A stretch of 64,000 bases of DNA from Tetramitus jugosus (Eukaryota; Protista; Heterolobosea), in contig OW569373.1 in assembly GCA_937625935.1 (NCBI GenBank), positions 124,001 to 188,000 of the forward strand, given 5' to 3'. The notes under the pieces are model-generated. The model had not been told where the DNA came from. It was given only the letters and a program-made list of their open reading frames with translations, and did not search any database. Shown in pieces: positions 1-11,492 of the stretch. The position numbers and the translations under genes were made by a program. Each line of letters opens with the position of its first letter. The first letter of the stretch is position 1.

Positions 1-167
1 TGATGAGTCCAAAGTCAAAACCAAAGAAAGACAAGAAGAAGAAACAAGACACAGACATCCTGGACGAGTTCTCGGGTCCTGCATCCATTAAATCAGTGGT
101 CGGACGAGGCAAAGTACAGTCGTTCACAAAAGCAAAGTCCCAAAAGAAAAAGGGAAAGAAAAAGTAA
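1..167 (+). CDS. 3' end of a gene entering from the left (Lys-rich C-terminus, product unknown)
   Basis: Open frame from the window edge (...SPKSKPKKDKKKKQDTDILDEFSGPASIKSVVGRGKVQSFTKAKSQKKKGKKK*) ends TAA at 165-167, followed by AATAAA. Confidence 0.55.
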   Translation, partial: MSPKSKPKKDKKKKQDTDILDEFSGPASIKSVVGRGKVQSFTKAKSQKKKGKKK

Positions 168-209
168 GAAATTAATAAATTAATGTATTAATTAGTGCAG
201 CATATGACC

Positions 210-1433
210 TCACTTTGGTATCAGGCATGCTCCCATCAGTTGACAAAGCTCCGAAGTGTTCATCTTTGCACCAACAAATTTCTTTTCCACTTGCTCGGCA
301 CTCAATGCGCCACCCTTCAAAAAGTCCTGAATATATCCAGTAAGTGCCTTTTCTGTGACAGAGAACTGTGATGCCAACTTCTTCTTCTCTGCACTGCTTA
401 ACTTGAAGTTAACCTTGTCATCAGATGGTTCATAATACTCATAAAAGAATTGAGCACACACCATGGTATGCTTGCACTTTTTCATCTTTGAAGGAGCAAT
501 CACAAATCGATACGGTTTCATAATATACAATTTTCGATCCTCCAGTTTCTCCTTCTTCTTGAGTGTGAGACCCACTCGTGGAGAAGCATACATTTGACCC
601 CATTCGTCCTTTTCAGGGAACAATTGACTCAACACTTGCTTATTCTCAATCTGTGATCTCAGTTTGAGGCACAGAACATTGGAATTGGAATCAATCTTCA
701 AATCATTGGACATATGATTCTGAACGAGTTCATGAATCGAACCCACATTTCCATTCTGCTTTAAAATGTAGTCTACAACGTTGCACGGACCTTCAATGAA
801 CTCCAATGGCAGTACCTTGTTCTTTTTCTTTGTTTTCTTATCATCTTCGTCATCACTGTCAGCTTCAGCCGCATGATGATAACACAACAGAGCTCGAATC
901 AACACTCCACCATATATGTCTCTCTTTACCACTTTGACCTTTTTCTTTTCATCACCGCTACTAGTACTGCTACTTTCTTTTTCTTTTTCCTGTTGTTCTT
1001 CCTCCTCATCCTTTGAATAACCAAATGTCACATCCAATCCCTTATAGCTACCAGCCTTGTAATTGGCAGTGGCACTGCTACTTGCTCTATGAAAGTACCA
1101 CTGAGCCATGAACAATTGCAACGGATGACAGTGCGAGAACGGATCATCGTGATGTTCTTCCTTGCTACTACTGTTGCTGCTACTCACAACATTGGTATAG
1201 TAGAATTCAATTTCAGCCAATCGACAATAGATTTGGTTGTTTATGACCAGAACAGCTTGTTGACTCAGTAAGTGAGCCAATTGTTGAATGAGAGTAGTGG
1301 GAGCTTTCTCATGTGTCGTAATCAAGTTAAGTATGGCATCTTGAACAGAAGAAGCAGATGGTGTTTCCTTCAATTTTTTGGCAGCTGTGGAAGTCGAAGC
1401 TTCTGCAGCTTCTCTACCTCTCTTTTGACTCAT
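210..1433 (-). CDS. Divergent 3-methyladenine DNA glycosylase (MPG/AAG)-like protein
   Basis: Ordered motifs RLAEIEFYY, DPFSH, GGVLIRAL, EGPC, SPRVGL and PYRF parallel the MPG family ETEAY / D.ASH / AVLIRA / GPG / RIGI / WRF; acidic/Ser low-complexity inserts. Confidence 0.55.
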   Translation of the reverse strand: MSQKRGREAAEASTSTAAKKLKETPSASSVQDAILNLITTHEKAPTTLIQQLAHLLSQQAVLVINNQIYCRLAEIEFYYTNVVSSSNSSSKEEHHDDPFSHCHPLQLFMAQWYFHRASSSATANYKAGSYKGLDVTFGYSKDEEEEQQEKEKESSSTSSGDEKKKVKVVKRDIYGGVLIRALLCYHHAAEADSDDEDDKKTKKKNKVLPLEFIEGPCNVVDYILKQNGNVGSIHELVQNHMSNDLKIDSNSNVLCLKLRSQIENKQVLSQLFPEKDEWGQMYASPRVGLTLKKKEKLEDRKLYIMKPYRFVIAPSKMKKCKHTMVCAQFFYEYYEPSDDKVNFKLSSAEKKKLASQFSVTEKALTGYIQDFLKGGALSAEQVEKKFVGAKMNTSELCQLMGACLIPK

Positions 1434-1606
1434 GGCTGTGGTATTGGGGTATATTCGTGTTGTTTTGTTGCTTTTCCCAAAGTTCAGGGCGTTGTGGAGT
1501 CAGAAAATTCTGGAAGCATCGGTGAAATTTTTTTGGAGGGAAAGAAAAATCTCCTGAATAATTTAAGGACAGTCGCTTCGAATTGAATTGTTTATGAATC
1601 AGCCAT

Positions 1607-2128
1607 TTAGATGAACTCTAGCACCTGAGAGTCCAGCACATGCAAATAATTGCCCACAGAGTCCTGTCTCCACTGAGTTGCGTCATAATCCTGGATGAAT
1701 TGACTCTCTTCTGGCGTTCCCACATATCTCTTCAACCATCCAAAGAAACCATCGCTCAACACGTACAATTTGGCTTGATGAGCCAATCCTTCCTTTTCCA
1801 TGGCCTCTGCAAATGCACTGGCACAGAATGGACCTCTTTGTTCACTGTACATGCACGTAAACACAATAGTCTTCTTTCCCTGTTGTTTAATGAGTTGGTT
1901 GACTAGATTTTGTGCATGTTTTTGCTCAAAATCACCAAAACTGGCATGGATCGCACCCTTGATGTGTCCTCCGACGAAATCATCGTCTCTGACATCAATG
2001 AGGGCCACACTGGGATCATTGATCATTCGTGAGAGATGATCAAGATCGAGTTTTGTGAAAAGGGGCTCTGGTACGTGTATGGACAGGTTCTTTGGCTTTG
2101 CTTTATGTTGTTCTTGACTGGATGACAT
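1607..2128 (-). CDS. Rhodanese-fold Cdc25-like phosphatase / arsenate reductase (Acr2/Ych1 type)
   Basis: IDVRDDDFVGGHIKGA and CX5R active site (FTCMYSEQRGP); first ATG at 2128. Confidence 0.85.
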   Translation of the reverse strand: MSSSQEQHKAKPKNLSIHVPEPLFTKLDLDHLSRMINDPSVALIDVRDDDFVGGHIKGAIHASFGDFEQKHAQNLVNQLIKQQGKKTIVFTCMYSEQRGPFCASAFAEAMEKEGLAHQAKLYVLSDGFFGWLKRYVGTPEESQFIQDYDATQWRQDSVGNYLHVLDSQVLEFI

Positions 2129-2345
2129 TTTCTCTTGGGATTGAGTGGGTAAGTTCTTGTTGGATGGTAAGCTAATCGTTTTTCGTTCTCCTTTTTTTTG
2201 GACGGTGTCAAACAAGGAACTTTCTCAGCTGAATGGAAGAGGATGAGCTAAAAATACGATCTGAACAATGGGAGTATGCAAGGAGTATTGGATGTCACAT
2301 GAGGCAGTCAAAGGCAAACAAAACTTTTATTTACATTCTCATCCT

Positions 2346-4607
2346 TTACTTTCGGAGAGCAGCATAAGCCAACAAGGCAAGAAGAGCCACAAAGAGTGCA
2401 GCAATAATTGAGAGTTGTTGTGGGCTAATGGTAACTCCGTTGACTGGTTGAGCAGTGGCGACAGTAGTTCTCTCCTTCACAGGTTGAGCGGATTTCTCCT
2501 TCTCTACATGTGTTGGGGTAGAGATGGTGGTGGCTGGGACAGAATGTTCCACCTTTGCTGATGGGGATTCAGTGTTAGCATTCACAACTTCATCAACTGC
2601 CGAGTTCGATACAGTCTCTTGTTCAACAACATTGTTCTCCTGGAGGTATTCTGCCTTGATCTGTTCTTCAAGATCCTCGGCGTGCAATGGCTCTGGAAGA
2701 TACTCAAGCTTCAAATATTCCAAAGCAGGCTTCAGAGTGTACTTCATGTCACGTTGTGTTCTTCTCCAAAAGTACATTCTTCTTTCAAAGTGTGGCACCA
2801 TATCCAACAACTGAGGAACATTTTGTAAAACAAACTGAGTGTAGCTCAACTTTTCAGACCATGGCATATCAGTTTCGCACGGGAAGAATGTCATCAAATT
2901 TCTCAAAAAGTTTAGCAAATGTCCAATATTGTTCAAATAGCCCTCAAAGCTCTTCTTTGATTGCTTCAAAAACTCTTCAACTTGAGGATGCTTGCTCTTT
3001 AGTCCCTCCAAGTCCTTTGCTGAGAATAATCGATAGTCATCCTTGTCCAAATTTTCAAACTTGATCTTATTCTTCAAAATAGCCAACTCCTTGTCTGCCA
3101 ATTGATGATCAGCGTACTCGTCCTTTTGTCTCAGCATTCGCTCCTGATCGTTAGCTTCCTGTGGGAACGTGTTCAACTTTAATTGATCAGTCAAGTATGA
3201 AGTCCAGATCATTTGTTCCATTTGTTGCACAGATGAACTAGATGCTTCAGTCTCAGTCAATTGATACCTGTCGATAATGTGCTCTCGGAAGAAGGCAACT
3301 CTCTCAACTGCAGATGTAGCATCAGGCATGTCCAACCGTTTAATCATCTCCTTTGGATCAGAGTCAGAAACATCTTCAATACCATTGCTCTTCAAATACT
3401 TTTCCCAAGACAAGAGGAACTTGATTTCGTTCAATTGTTGCTCCACAGCCTTATTGTAGTTTACTTCGCTCCACTTTTCTTGCATTGCTGGATCATCGGC
3501 CATTGCAAACAACTCTCTCCAATCTTCAGGGAAACCACAAGCAGCCATCAAGCGCTGTGTGTGCTCCGTATTCGTATTATCCTTGTTAATAAACTCTTGT
3601 CCGTCCTCGTACAGTGTCTCCTTGATCAAAACCATTAAATCAAAAAAGACGAGATGAGCATCTCGATAGGCATTGAAATTCTTTGCTTCTTCAGTGCTAT
3701 CAAAATCAAAGAATGACTCATACTTGTCCTGCAATCTTCCCACAACATACTTTTCTTCATCATTCAACACGACTTCAGAGAAAATTTGACATCGACTCAT
3801 ACAAATGTCAACATCCTTTGAATTTTGTTGCTTGAGTGATGCGGCATCATACACGTGCATCAATCGATTCTTCACATTCATCAACAATTTCTTCTCATAC
3901 ATGTTAAAATCTTGTTCGTGCTCATGTTGTGTCTTCAACAGATTGCACTCGTATTCAATGACACAGGACAATAGTCTGAGGTATGTTTCGAGTTGAGCCG
4001 GATGAATAGGGAGTCTCATTTTGGTGCCTGAAGATGTCATTAGCTCTCTGAGTTGCTCTGCTTGTTGTCTCATGATCAATTGATCATTTCTTCTCTTGAT
4101 GTTATAGCTATTATTATTGTTGTTATTATTGTTATTATTGCTATTGTTGTTATTGTTGTTATGATTGTTATTGTTGTTGTGTCGTTGGTGCTGATTGCGA
4201 GCATGACCATTGTTATTGTGATGATTATGGTTGTGGTTGTTGTGATGATGGTCCTTGTGCTGAGCAGAAATGACAGCTGGAACGGCAGCTACTACTGCAC
4301 GCTTGGTATTCTTCTTCTTTGGCGCCTTTTTCTCTTGCTCCGATGATTCTCCGCTCTTGGCTTCACCACCATTTTGAGTCTTGGCTGCCTTCTTCTTTTT
4401 TTTGACGACTGTAGTCTGGGCTGCTGAAGCTCCAGCTGCATCATCAACTGCAGCAGCAGTAGCATTATTGGTGGTTTTATTCGTGTTATTGTTGTTATTG
4501 GTCTTTTTGGAATTGTTGCTTTTTTTGGTTGTCTTTTTGGCTACGACAGTCGTAAACTCGCCGGCATCATTGTCAACTTCGTTCATATTGTTGTTGTTAT
4601 CCTCCAT
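2346..4607 (-). CDS. Hypothetical 753-aa helical protein with N/H-rich N-terminus and C-terminal tail anchor
   Basis: Long ORF with AAC/AAT repeats; ends in hydrophobic IIAALFVALLALLAYAAL followed by RK*. Confidence 0.8.
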   Translation of the reverse strand: MEDNNNNMNEVDNDAGEFTTVVAKKTTKKSNNSKKTNNNNNTNKTTNNATAAAVDDAAGASAAQTTVVKKKKKAAKTQNGGEAKSGESSEQEKKAPKKKNTKRAVVAAVPAVISAQHKDHHHNNHNHNHHNNNGHARNQHQRHNNNNNHNNNNNNSNNNNNNNNNNSYNIKRRNDQLIMRQQAEQLRELMTSSGTKMRLPIHPAQLETYLRLLSCVIEYECNLLKTQHEHEQDFNMYEKKLLMNVKNRLMHVYDAASLKQQNSKDVDICMSRCQIFSEVVLNDEEKYVVGRLQDKYESFFDFDSTEEAKNFNAYRDAHLVFFDLMVLIKETLYEDGQEFINKDNTNTEHTQRLMAACGFPEDWRELFAMADDPAMQEKWSEVNYNKAVEQQLNEIKFLLSWEKYLKSNGIEDVSDSDPKEMIKRLDMPDATSAVERVAFFREHIIDRYQLTETEASSSSVQQMEQMIWTSYLTDQLKLNTFPQEANDQERMLRQKDEYADHQLADKELAILKNKIKFENLDKDDYRLFSAKDLEGLKSKHPQVEEFLKQSKKSFEGYLNNIGHLLNFLRNLMTFFPCETDMPWSEKLSYTQFVLQNVPQLLDMVPHFERRMYFWRRTQRDMKYTLKPALEYLKLEYLPEPLHAEDLEEQIKAEYLQENNVVEQETVSNSAVDEVVNANTESPSAKVEHSVPATTISTPTHVEKEKSAQPVKERTTVATAQPVNGVTISPQQLSIIAALFVALLALLAYAALRK

Positions 4608-5602
4608 TGTGATTTTGTTGTTGTTGAGTCAAAGTAGGTGCGTGTTATGGAAGATTGGGGTCAATGTTTGTGTCGTTTGTTGTAATGCGGGATTGGCTTC
4701 GCTGACAGGCCCCATTTTGAACGAAAAACTTTTGCGAAGGGGAAAATTTTCAATGGTTTATGGGTGACGTCAGCTGACTTTGACAGTGCAGGTCTGGATT
4801 GAAGCAGCTCAGAAAGTAATGTGGTTCAATACTCGTCAGAGAAGAATGTACACAAAGGATTCAGTCATTGAACAGATTTGGGATGTCATTCGTTGGTTGG
4901 ATTCGATAGTTACAATATTCTTTTGTTTCATATACGAACGTTCCAACTCAGACCAACAAAACAGTAGTGCGCCCGTTTCACACCGGAAAGGAACATTTTG
5001 CCGCTCTTCGGGCAAATAAAACTTATTCATAGGACAAGTTCGATGCACGCGCCGGATTGAATCTGATGAACAATGCAGGTTTTTGGATCTGACGAAATGC
5101 ACTTCTCCTTACTCTGAGCTTTTTGAAATTGCACCCATTCTCACAACTTCCGTGGTAAAGCAAGCCAACCAAAAGCACAAAAGTTCCTTGTTGAAACAAC
5201 ACGTGTTCATCTTCACATCTGCAAGTGCGTTCTCATCTCGCTACACACAAAAGCCAGTACATTCTCAATTCACACCAATTGAAAAATTCTTCATTACAAC
5301 AACATTATCTCTGAGTTTTCCTTACCTTTCAAAAAACCAGAACACAGTCATTCAATTCTCTTCCTGAAAATTTTTCATCCCAGAGAAACTAACCAACACA
5401 GAAAAAGCTCAAGCACACAGCAGCAGAACACAATCACCTGAACTTTCAGAGTTGTTTTCGTAACTAAAAAAAGAATTTGCATATAATACGAACAAGTGAA
5501 AGCTAACAACTTGTCCAAAAAAACAACACCAACACACAAGCAGCCAAAGCAAAGCAACAAACAGCAAAAAGAAGCTTAAAGCGAACACCAAAAAATTTCA
5601 AA

Positions 5603-7609
5603 ATGTCGACTATAGCAGCAACTGACACACCAGATAACACCAAAAATCATCATCATTTAAGCTCAACAACACATGTGGTCAACTTGATGAACGATGACGA
5701 AAATGACACAACGATCGCAGAAGACGACATTAGACAAAAGAGCTTACTATCCAAGAGTGAACACCTGGTTCAAGAAGACGATGACGGTAACATTGAATAC
5801 AAGTGGAAGCTTGTTAACGTATCAGAAGATCGATTCAAGCACTTGGTTACTCAAATGAGTTATCGATTGAGTGAGGGACAAGGTGAGGCCATTTATGAAC
5901 TAGGTATCAAGGACAATGGTTTTCCAGAGGGACTCGAAGAAGACGAGTTTAATGAAAGTGTGGACACAATCAAGAGAATGGCTGCAGAGTTGCACGCTGA
6001 CGTTTCCATCATTTGTATGAAGGAAGTGACACCTGAAAAGGAGAAGAAGATGGTGGCTGCAGCAGCAGCTGCTGCTTCATCATCTGGAAAATCATCAAGG
6101 AAAAAGTCTAGTTCTGGATCGTCATCCACTTCCAAATCAAACAATGTAGTGGTTGATCCAGTGGCTCAAGTACCTTCTTCACCACAATCCAGTGAAGATG
6201 ATGAGACTGGTAAGAAGAAGCCAGCATCTACATCAACAGCAGCACAAGAAGCCAATAGTGAAATTGAAAACACTACCATTATAGAAAACAAGGCAACAAA
6301 CGTCATCAAGAAGAGAAAAGTAGCAGAATTATTGGTGAGAAAGTTTGGAGATGAGCAGTACATGGACTTGAGAATTGCAGTGTGCGGAAATGTGGATTCA
6401 GGAAAGAGCACATTGATTGGTGTGTTGACACGAGGGCAGTTGGACAATGGAAGAGGTCTCGCCAGATCCAACGTCTTTACACACAAGCACGAAATTGACA
6501 CTGGTAGAACATCCAGCATCTCTCATCAGATTATGGGTTATGACAGTAAGGGTGATATTGTGAATTATGGACTGTTTGGTACACCATCGTGGAAGGAAAT
6601 TATCGAAAAGAGTTCCAAAGTGTGTACATTTATCGATTTGGCCGGTCATGAGAAGTATTTGAAGACGACAGTGTTTGGAATGACTGGTAACATTCCAGAT
6701 TATGCATGTGTGGTCATTGGAGCCAACATGGGTGTCACGAGAATGACCAAGGAACATTTGGGACTGTGTCTCGCACTCAAGATTCCCATCTTTATCTGTG
6801 TGACCAAGATTGACATATGTCCAGAAGGTGTGTTGAAGCAAACGATTGCCACTATTCACAAGATTTTGAAATTGCCAGGTGTGAGAAAGTTGCCTTATCA
6901 CATCAAGAGTGAAGATGATGTTCTCACGTGTTCCAAGAATATCGTGTCTGATCGTATCACACCAATCTTCCTCATGTCCAGCGTGACTGGTCATCACATG
7001 AACTTGTTGAGACAGTTTATGAATTTGCTTCCAGTGAGAAGAGATTGGGAAGCTTTGATTGATAAGCCAGCAGAGTTTGTCATTGATCAGACATTCTTTG
7101 TGACTGGTGTCGGAACAGTTGTTTCTGGTATTGTCCTTCAAGGTTCCATTTCTGTCAATGATTCACTCATGCTCGGTCCTGATGGCAACGGTCAATTCAG
7201 ATCTGTAGTTGTCAAGAGTATACACTGTAAGAGAGTGAATGTGAGGAGAGTTCATGCTGGTCAAACAGCAAGTTTTGCATTGAAGAAGGAAAAGAGATCC
7301 GGAATAAGAAAGGGTATGGTTCTCGTGGAGCCAAAGTTCGCCAAAGCTACGTGGGAATTCGAAGCAGAAGTGCTTGTTCTATACCATTCAACAACAATTA
7401 AGGAAAATTATCAGCCAGTGATCCACTGTTCTTGCGTGAGACAAAGCGCCAAGATCATCAAGATGGACACTGAATCTATTCGGACCGGTGACAAAGCAAC
7501 AGTTCGTTTCAGATTTATGTTCAGGCCGGAGTATCTGAGGACAGGTGAAAGATTGATTTTCAGAGAAGGTAGAACTAAGGGTCTAGGTATCATCTCCAAG
7601 ATCTTTTAG
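5603..7609 (+). CDS. GTPBP1: GTP-binding protein 1/2 (translational GTPase)
   Basis: GNIEYK N-domain, G1 GNVDSGKST, HKHEIDTGRTSS, DLAGHE, TKID, C-terminal FREGRTKGLG. Confidence 0.93.
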   Translation: MSTIAATDTPDNTKNHHHLSSTTHVVNLMNDDENDTTIAEDDIRQKSLLSKSEHLVQEDDDGNIEYKWKLVNVSEDRFKHLVTQMSYRLSEGQGEAIYELGIKDNGFPEGLEEDEFNESVDTIKRMAAELHADVSIICMKEVTPEKEKKMVAAAAAAASSSGKSSRKKSSSGSSSTSKSNNVVVDPVAQVPSSPQSSEDDETGKKKPASTSTAAQEANSEIENTTIIENKATNVIKKRKVAELLVRKFGDEQYMDLRIAVCGNVDSGKSTLIGVLTRGQLDNGRGLARSNVFTHKHEIDTGRTSSISHQIMGYDSKGDIVNYGLFGTPSWKEIIEKSSKVCTFIDLAGHEKYLKTTVFGMTGNIPDYACVVIGANMGVTRMTKEHLGLCLALKIPIFICVTKIDICPEGVLKQTIATIHKILKLPGVRKLPYHIKSEDDVLTCSKNIVSDRITPIFLMSSVTGHHMNLLRQFMNLLPVRRDWEALIDKPAEFVIDQTFFVTGVGTVVSGIVLQGSISVNDSLMLGPDGNGQFRSVVVKSIHCKRVNVRRVHAGQTASFALKKEKRSGIRKGMVLVEPKFAKATWEFEAEVLVLYHSTTIKENYQPVIHCSCVRQSAKIIKMDTESIRTGDKATVRFRFMFRPEYLRTGERLIFREGRTKGLGIISKIF

Positions 7610-7723
7610 ATTTCGTCATCTCTTCCGGAAATGAAGAGCTTGTAAATAAGAACACTGTAAAACACTGGATAATTAATCAAACTTGCTTTCAAAACTTTAT
7701 ACAACCGCAAAAACCCATATCAC

Positions 7724-9332
7724 TTATTGCATCTCCAAGAACATTGAGCTAGGGTGTTCGAGGTAGTTCTTCCATGCTCTTGAGAAACGAGCCAAAGTAG
7801 CTCCATCGATGATACGATGGTCAGCACTCCAGCTAATGTTCATGATTTGAGCTGGGATAACATTGCCATGGTCATCAAAGACTGGAACCTTTTGAATCTT
7901 ACCAATTGCTCCAATACCTACATTGCCAGGTGGCAACAATGGTGATGCATACTTTCCACCAATCGTACCAATGTTGGACAAGGAGAATGTTCCTCCAGTG
8001 AGATCATTCTGACCCAATTTGCCCTTTGCGCCCAAAGCTTGCAATCTGTTCATCTCTCTTGCAATGTCCATTATGCTCAAGTTTTGAACATTCTTGATAA
8101 CTGGCACCAACAAGCCTTCTGGTGTATCCATGGCAATACCAATATTGTGAGCAGCTCTATAGGTAATTTGAGTCTCATCAGCGCTCAATTGACTGTTCAA
8201 AATTGGGTATTGCTTCAAGGACAATGAAATGGCCTTGATAAAGAATGGCATAAATGTCAACTTGACATCTTGTTCCTCCGCATGACGCTTCACTTCACCT
8301 CTCATTTGCATCAACTTGTCCATTCTGATATCATCGGTCAATCCAAAGTGAGGTATAGTGTTTGCAGCGTTCATTGTCTTAATCATTGCCTTCTTAATGC
8401 CCTTGACTGGTTCAACACGATCACCAACCAATGGAGCTTGTTGAGCAGCAGCAACAGCAGAAACAGGTGCAGCAGCAGCAGCAGCAGACACAGGTTTAGC
8501 TCCTCCCTTGATGTAGTTCAAGACGTCTTCCTTGAGCAGTCTTCCCTTTGGTCCAGTAGCTGTCACCATGGTCAAATCAATGTTGTGTTCTCTGGCAATT
8601 CTTCTCACAGCAGGAGCGGTCAACACCTTGTTGATGGATTGTTCAACAATGGAGTCAGTCACTGATTTAGCTTGTTGTTGTTGTTGTGGTTGTTGTGATT
8701 GACTTGGTTGTTGTTGTGATGATGGTGATGGTGCAGCGTGAGACTCTGTTGCGACATTGCCTTCCACTTCAATATCGATCAATGGCTCACCAACCAACGC
8801 AGTATCACCAACACCATAGTGCAATTTTTTGATGACACCAGAGTATCTGCTAGTGATTTCAACGTTAGCTTTGTCGCTCTTTACCTCAGCCACCTGTAAA
8901 GCATTCATTTCGCGCGCAAAAAACAATTTCATTCCATTGTAAAAAAATACACACAAATGGGCGGGTGTGAGAAAAACGCCGTTTTTTGGCGCCAAAAAAA
9001 GCAAAGCAACGTACCAAATCGAATTCATTAATCTTGTCACCTTCCTTGACGTTCCATGACACAATTTCAACTTCCTTGATACCTTCACCAATATCAGCCA
9101 AATTGAATGGCAAAATAGCTCCCATATTGACATTGCCATAGTGCTGTTGAGTGCTAAAGCTACGGTTGATTTGATGTGTGTTGATGTTAAAATGGGTGTT
9201 GTTGACTACCTGAGAGGAACATCTTGCATTTGTTGCTTCCATCACAAGGGATGCATGACACTTGTGGGTGGAGCTTCGGGTGGTTGTTGTTGTGATGGCT
9301 GTTCGTCTCAAATGGCGGATCACTCTGTTCAT
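7724..9332 (-). CDS. DBT: Dihydrolipoamide branched-chain transacylase E2; exons 9015-9332 and 7724-8893
   Basis: Mitochondrial presequence, lipoyl domain LADIGEGI..EVKSDKA, E3-binding APAVRRIARE..GRLLKED, catalytic DHRIIDG; GT-AG intron 8894-9014 keeps the frame. Confidence 0.93.
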
Positions 9333-9936
9333 TATTGTTGTTGGTGTTATTGTTGTTTGTTGGGAGTGTGGTGTTTTTTTTTGTCGTGCGTTGTTTTTTC
9401 TTTTTGGCGTGGCAAAGAAATTTCTTGTGTGGAATGATTGGATTTCTCCGTGTCATTTCGTCATCCGACAGAAAATCGGATTATCCTTTGTATCCGAAAT
9501 GTGAAGGATAGATGGTTCGTTGTTATTCAAGTAGTCAAAGTTGTTTATTGGTCGACCAAGAAGTATATTGTAGTATATTGCTCTCGACATCATTATGAAT
9601 CACTGTTAGCCGCCGGATAACCATCGATCATCCTACATATGTCAGTGAATTGTACAATCTCTCTCGTCTCTCACATATTTACATCCAATCGTCAACATTG
9701 ACAACAAACTACAAAAAATACCTGTCCAATAATCACACGCCTCCAAGCAACCAACAACGTCATCCGTGATCTCTCTTCGCTATGGTACATTTTAAAAGCA
9801 GTGTCATCATATGTGGCGACCATTCCTACAACTTCAACTACTACTACTCCAACCACTAACTACTACTACAAACTCCAAACGACTTGAAACAAGGCAACGC
9901 CAAAAAAAAGCAACTATGTCAATAAAGTGAAACAAA

Positions 9937-10868
9937 TCACTCTTGGTCACTCCGTAAAATTCGTTTCGTCACTTCTTCAAACGCGCCGTGCACCTCTGTC
10001 GCAAACTCTTGTTTCGCACTCAGCTCAAAATAAGGCAAACCAAGTTCCTCTGCCAATTGTTGTGCTTCTTCTGTAGTAATGCACCTCAAAGCACTCAAAT
10101 CCTTCTTGTTTCCAATCAAAATAATCTGCGTCTTATCATGCGCATGTCTCTGCACATCAGCCAACCACTTGTGTATGTTGTGATACGTTTCTCTCGATGT
10201 CAAATCAAACACGAGCATTACTCCGTGCGCGCCACGATAATACGCCGTCGTAATGGATCGATATCTCTCTTGTCCTGCAGTGTCCCAAATTTGTAGATTG
10301 ACATGCTTGTTGTCAATGGTCAAATCAGTGCTTCTCTAATTTGATTTTTTTTCAATTTCATCCATGTAAAAAATCATCATCAATATATCATCATCAAAAT
10401 CATTCATATGATCGTCAAATAAATAGATTGATCAGACAGCAAACAAACAATAAATGGAGAATGAGCACTACAAACATGTTTGATAACACTTCAAGTCACT
10501 TCTTGAAGCAAAAAAAAAACGAACAATAACAAAAAAACACATACAAAATCAACTCCAACAGTTGATATATGAGCCTCTGAGAATCGATTATCCGTCAATC
10601 GCATCAACAAACTACTTTTTCCTACGCCACTATCACCCAACAATAAAAGCTTGAAAAAGTGATTACTGTTTTGTGTTGGTAAATACCGTGTGAGTGAAAA
10701 GTTACCTTCTACATATTCATGAATGACATACTATTGTTCCGTAAAGACACTATTCTTGTCATTGTTGGATGTGGTAGAGTTGGCATAGGGTGATGTGTCA
10801 GATGCGACAAGAATGTGATTTCGGTTTGCTTCTCCTCCTGGTGAAGCACTCGTGCAATAATTTCCCAT
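9937..10868 (-). CDS. Rab1/Rab8-like small GTPase with N-terminal MGNYC extension; exons 10732-10868, 10545-10665, 9937-10335
   Basis: Spliced product MGNYCTS...[58 protein letters not shown]; two GTATGT...AG introns restore the frame. Confidence 0.85.
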
Positions 10869-11030
10869 TTTTGTGTTTTGTTAAGTGTTGTTGGTGTTGG
10901 TCGTCTTGTTATGCAATGTTTGTTCTTTTTTCTGATAGTCGTTCGAGTTGTTCGTTTTTTTCTGTCGCGGCGGTAGGAAGGGTTTTTTTGGATTTGGGGA
11001 CAGAGAGGGTGGTCTCATATTGAGCTTTTA

Positions 11031-11492
11031 TTATTGATTCGTGATGCCAAACAGTGAGTAAAACATTTCTCTAGTGTAATTGGCTGTTGGGTTGTTGGTG
11101 TACAGAGACCTTAAGTTTCCAGACCGATCATTATCCTTCTTGAAATTCGTAAAGTACTCGACAGTCTCCTCTCTTGTTGTATTCTTCACTTCGAAATAGG
11201 AGATTTCAGCTTCCAAGTGGGATGCTTTTCTTGGTTTCTCACAGTGAGTACTCTCAGCAGTATCACTTGGGAACTTGTAGGCAGCCAGGGTCTCGGATAA
11301 GGATTGAATTTCTTCTTTTTCTGCTAGGGTCAACCATGAATGGTTAGACCTCCTTGGACTGATTGACTCTGCTGAGGAAATGTTGAGAGGACCGATATGC
11401 GATTCCTCGATACAACTTACTTCATCAGACCTGGAAAGGTACTTCATATCAACTGAGAGATCTGAGTCGGATTGGATGCTGAAACAAGTCAT
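11031..11492 (-). CDS. Ser-rich ORF; probable terminal exon of the kinesin gene or a separate small gene
   Basis: 153-aa ORF whose 5' end contains CTAAT...TTTCAG (branch point/acceptor-like); upstream linkage unresolved. Confidence 0.4.
   Translation of the reverse strand: MTCFSIQSDSDLSVDMKYLSRSDEVSCIEESHIGPLNISSAESISPRRSNHSWLTLAEKEEIQSLSETLAAYKFPSDTAESTHCEKPRKASHLEAEISYFEVKNTTREETVEYFTNFKKDNDRSGNLRSLYTNNPTANYTREMFYSLFGITNQ

Noticed and set aside
4053-4767. Hydrophobic plus-strand ORFs (also at 32491-33471 and 63514-63960) that look like membrane proteins
   Set aside because: Antisense or alternative-frame shadows of AAC/CAA/CAT trinucleotide repeats in real genes
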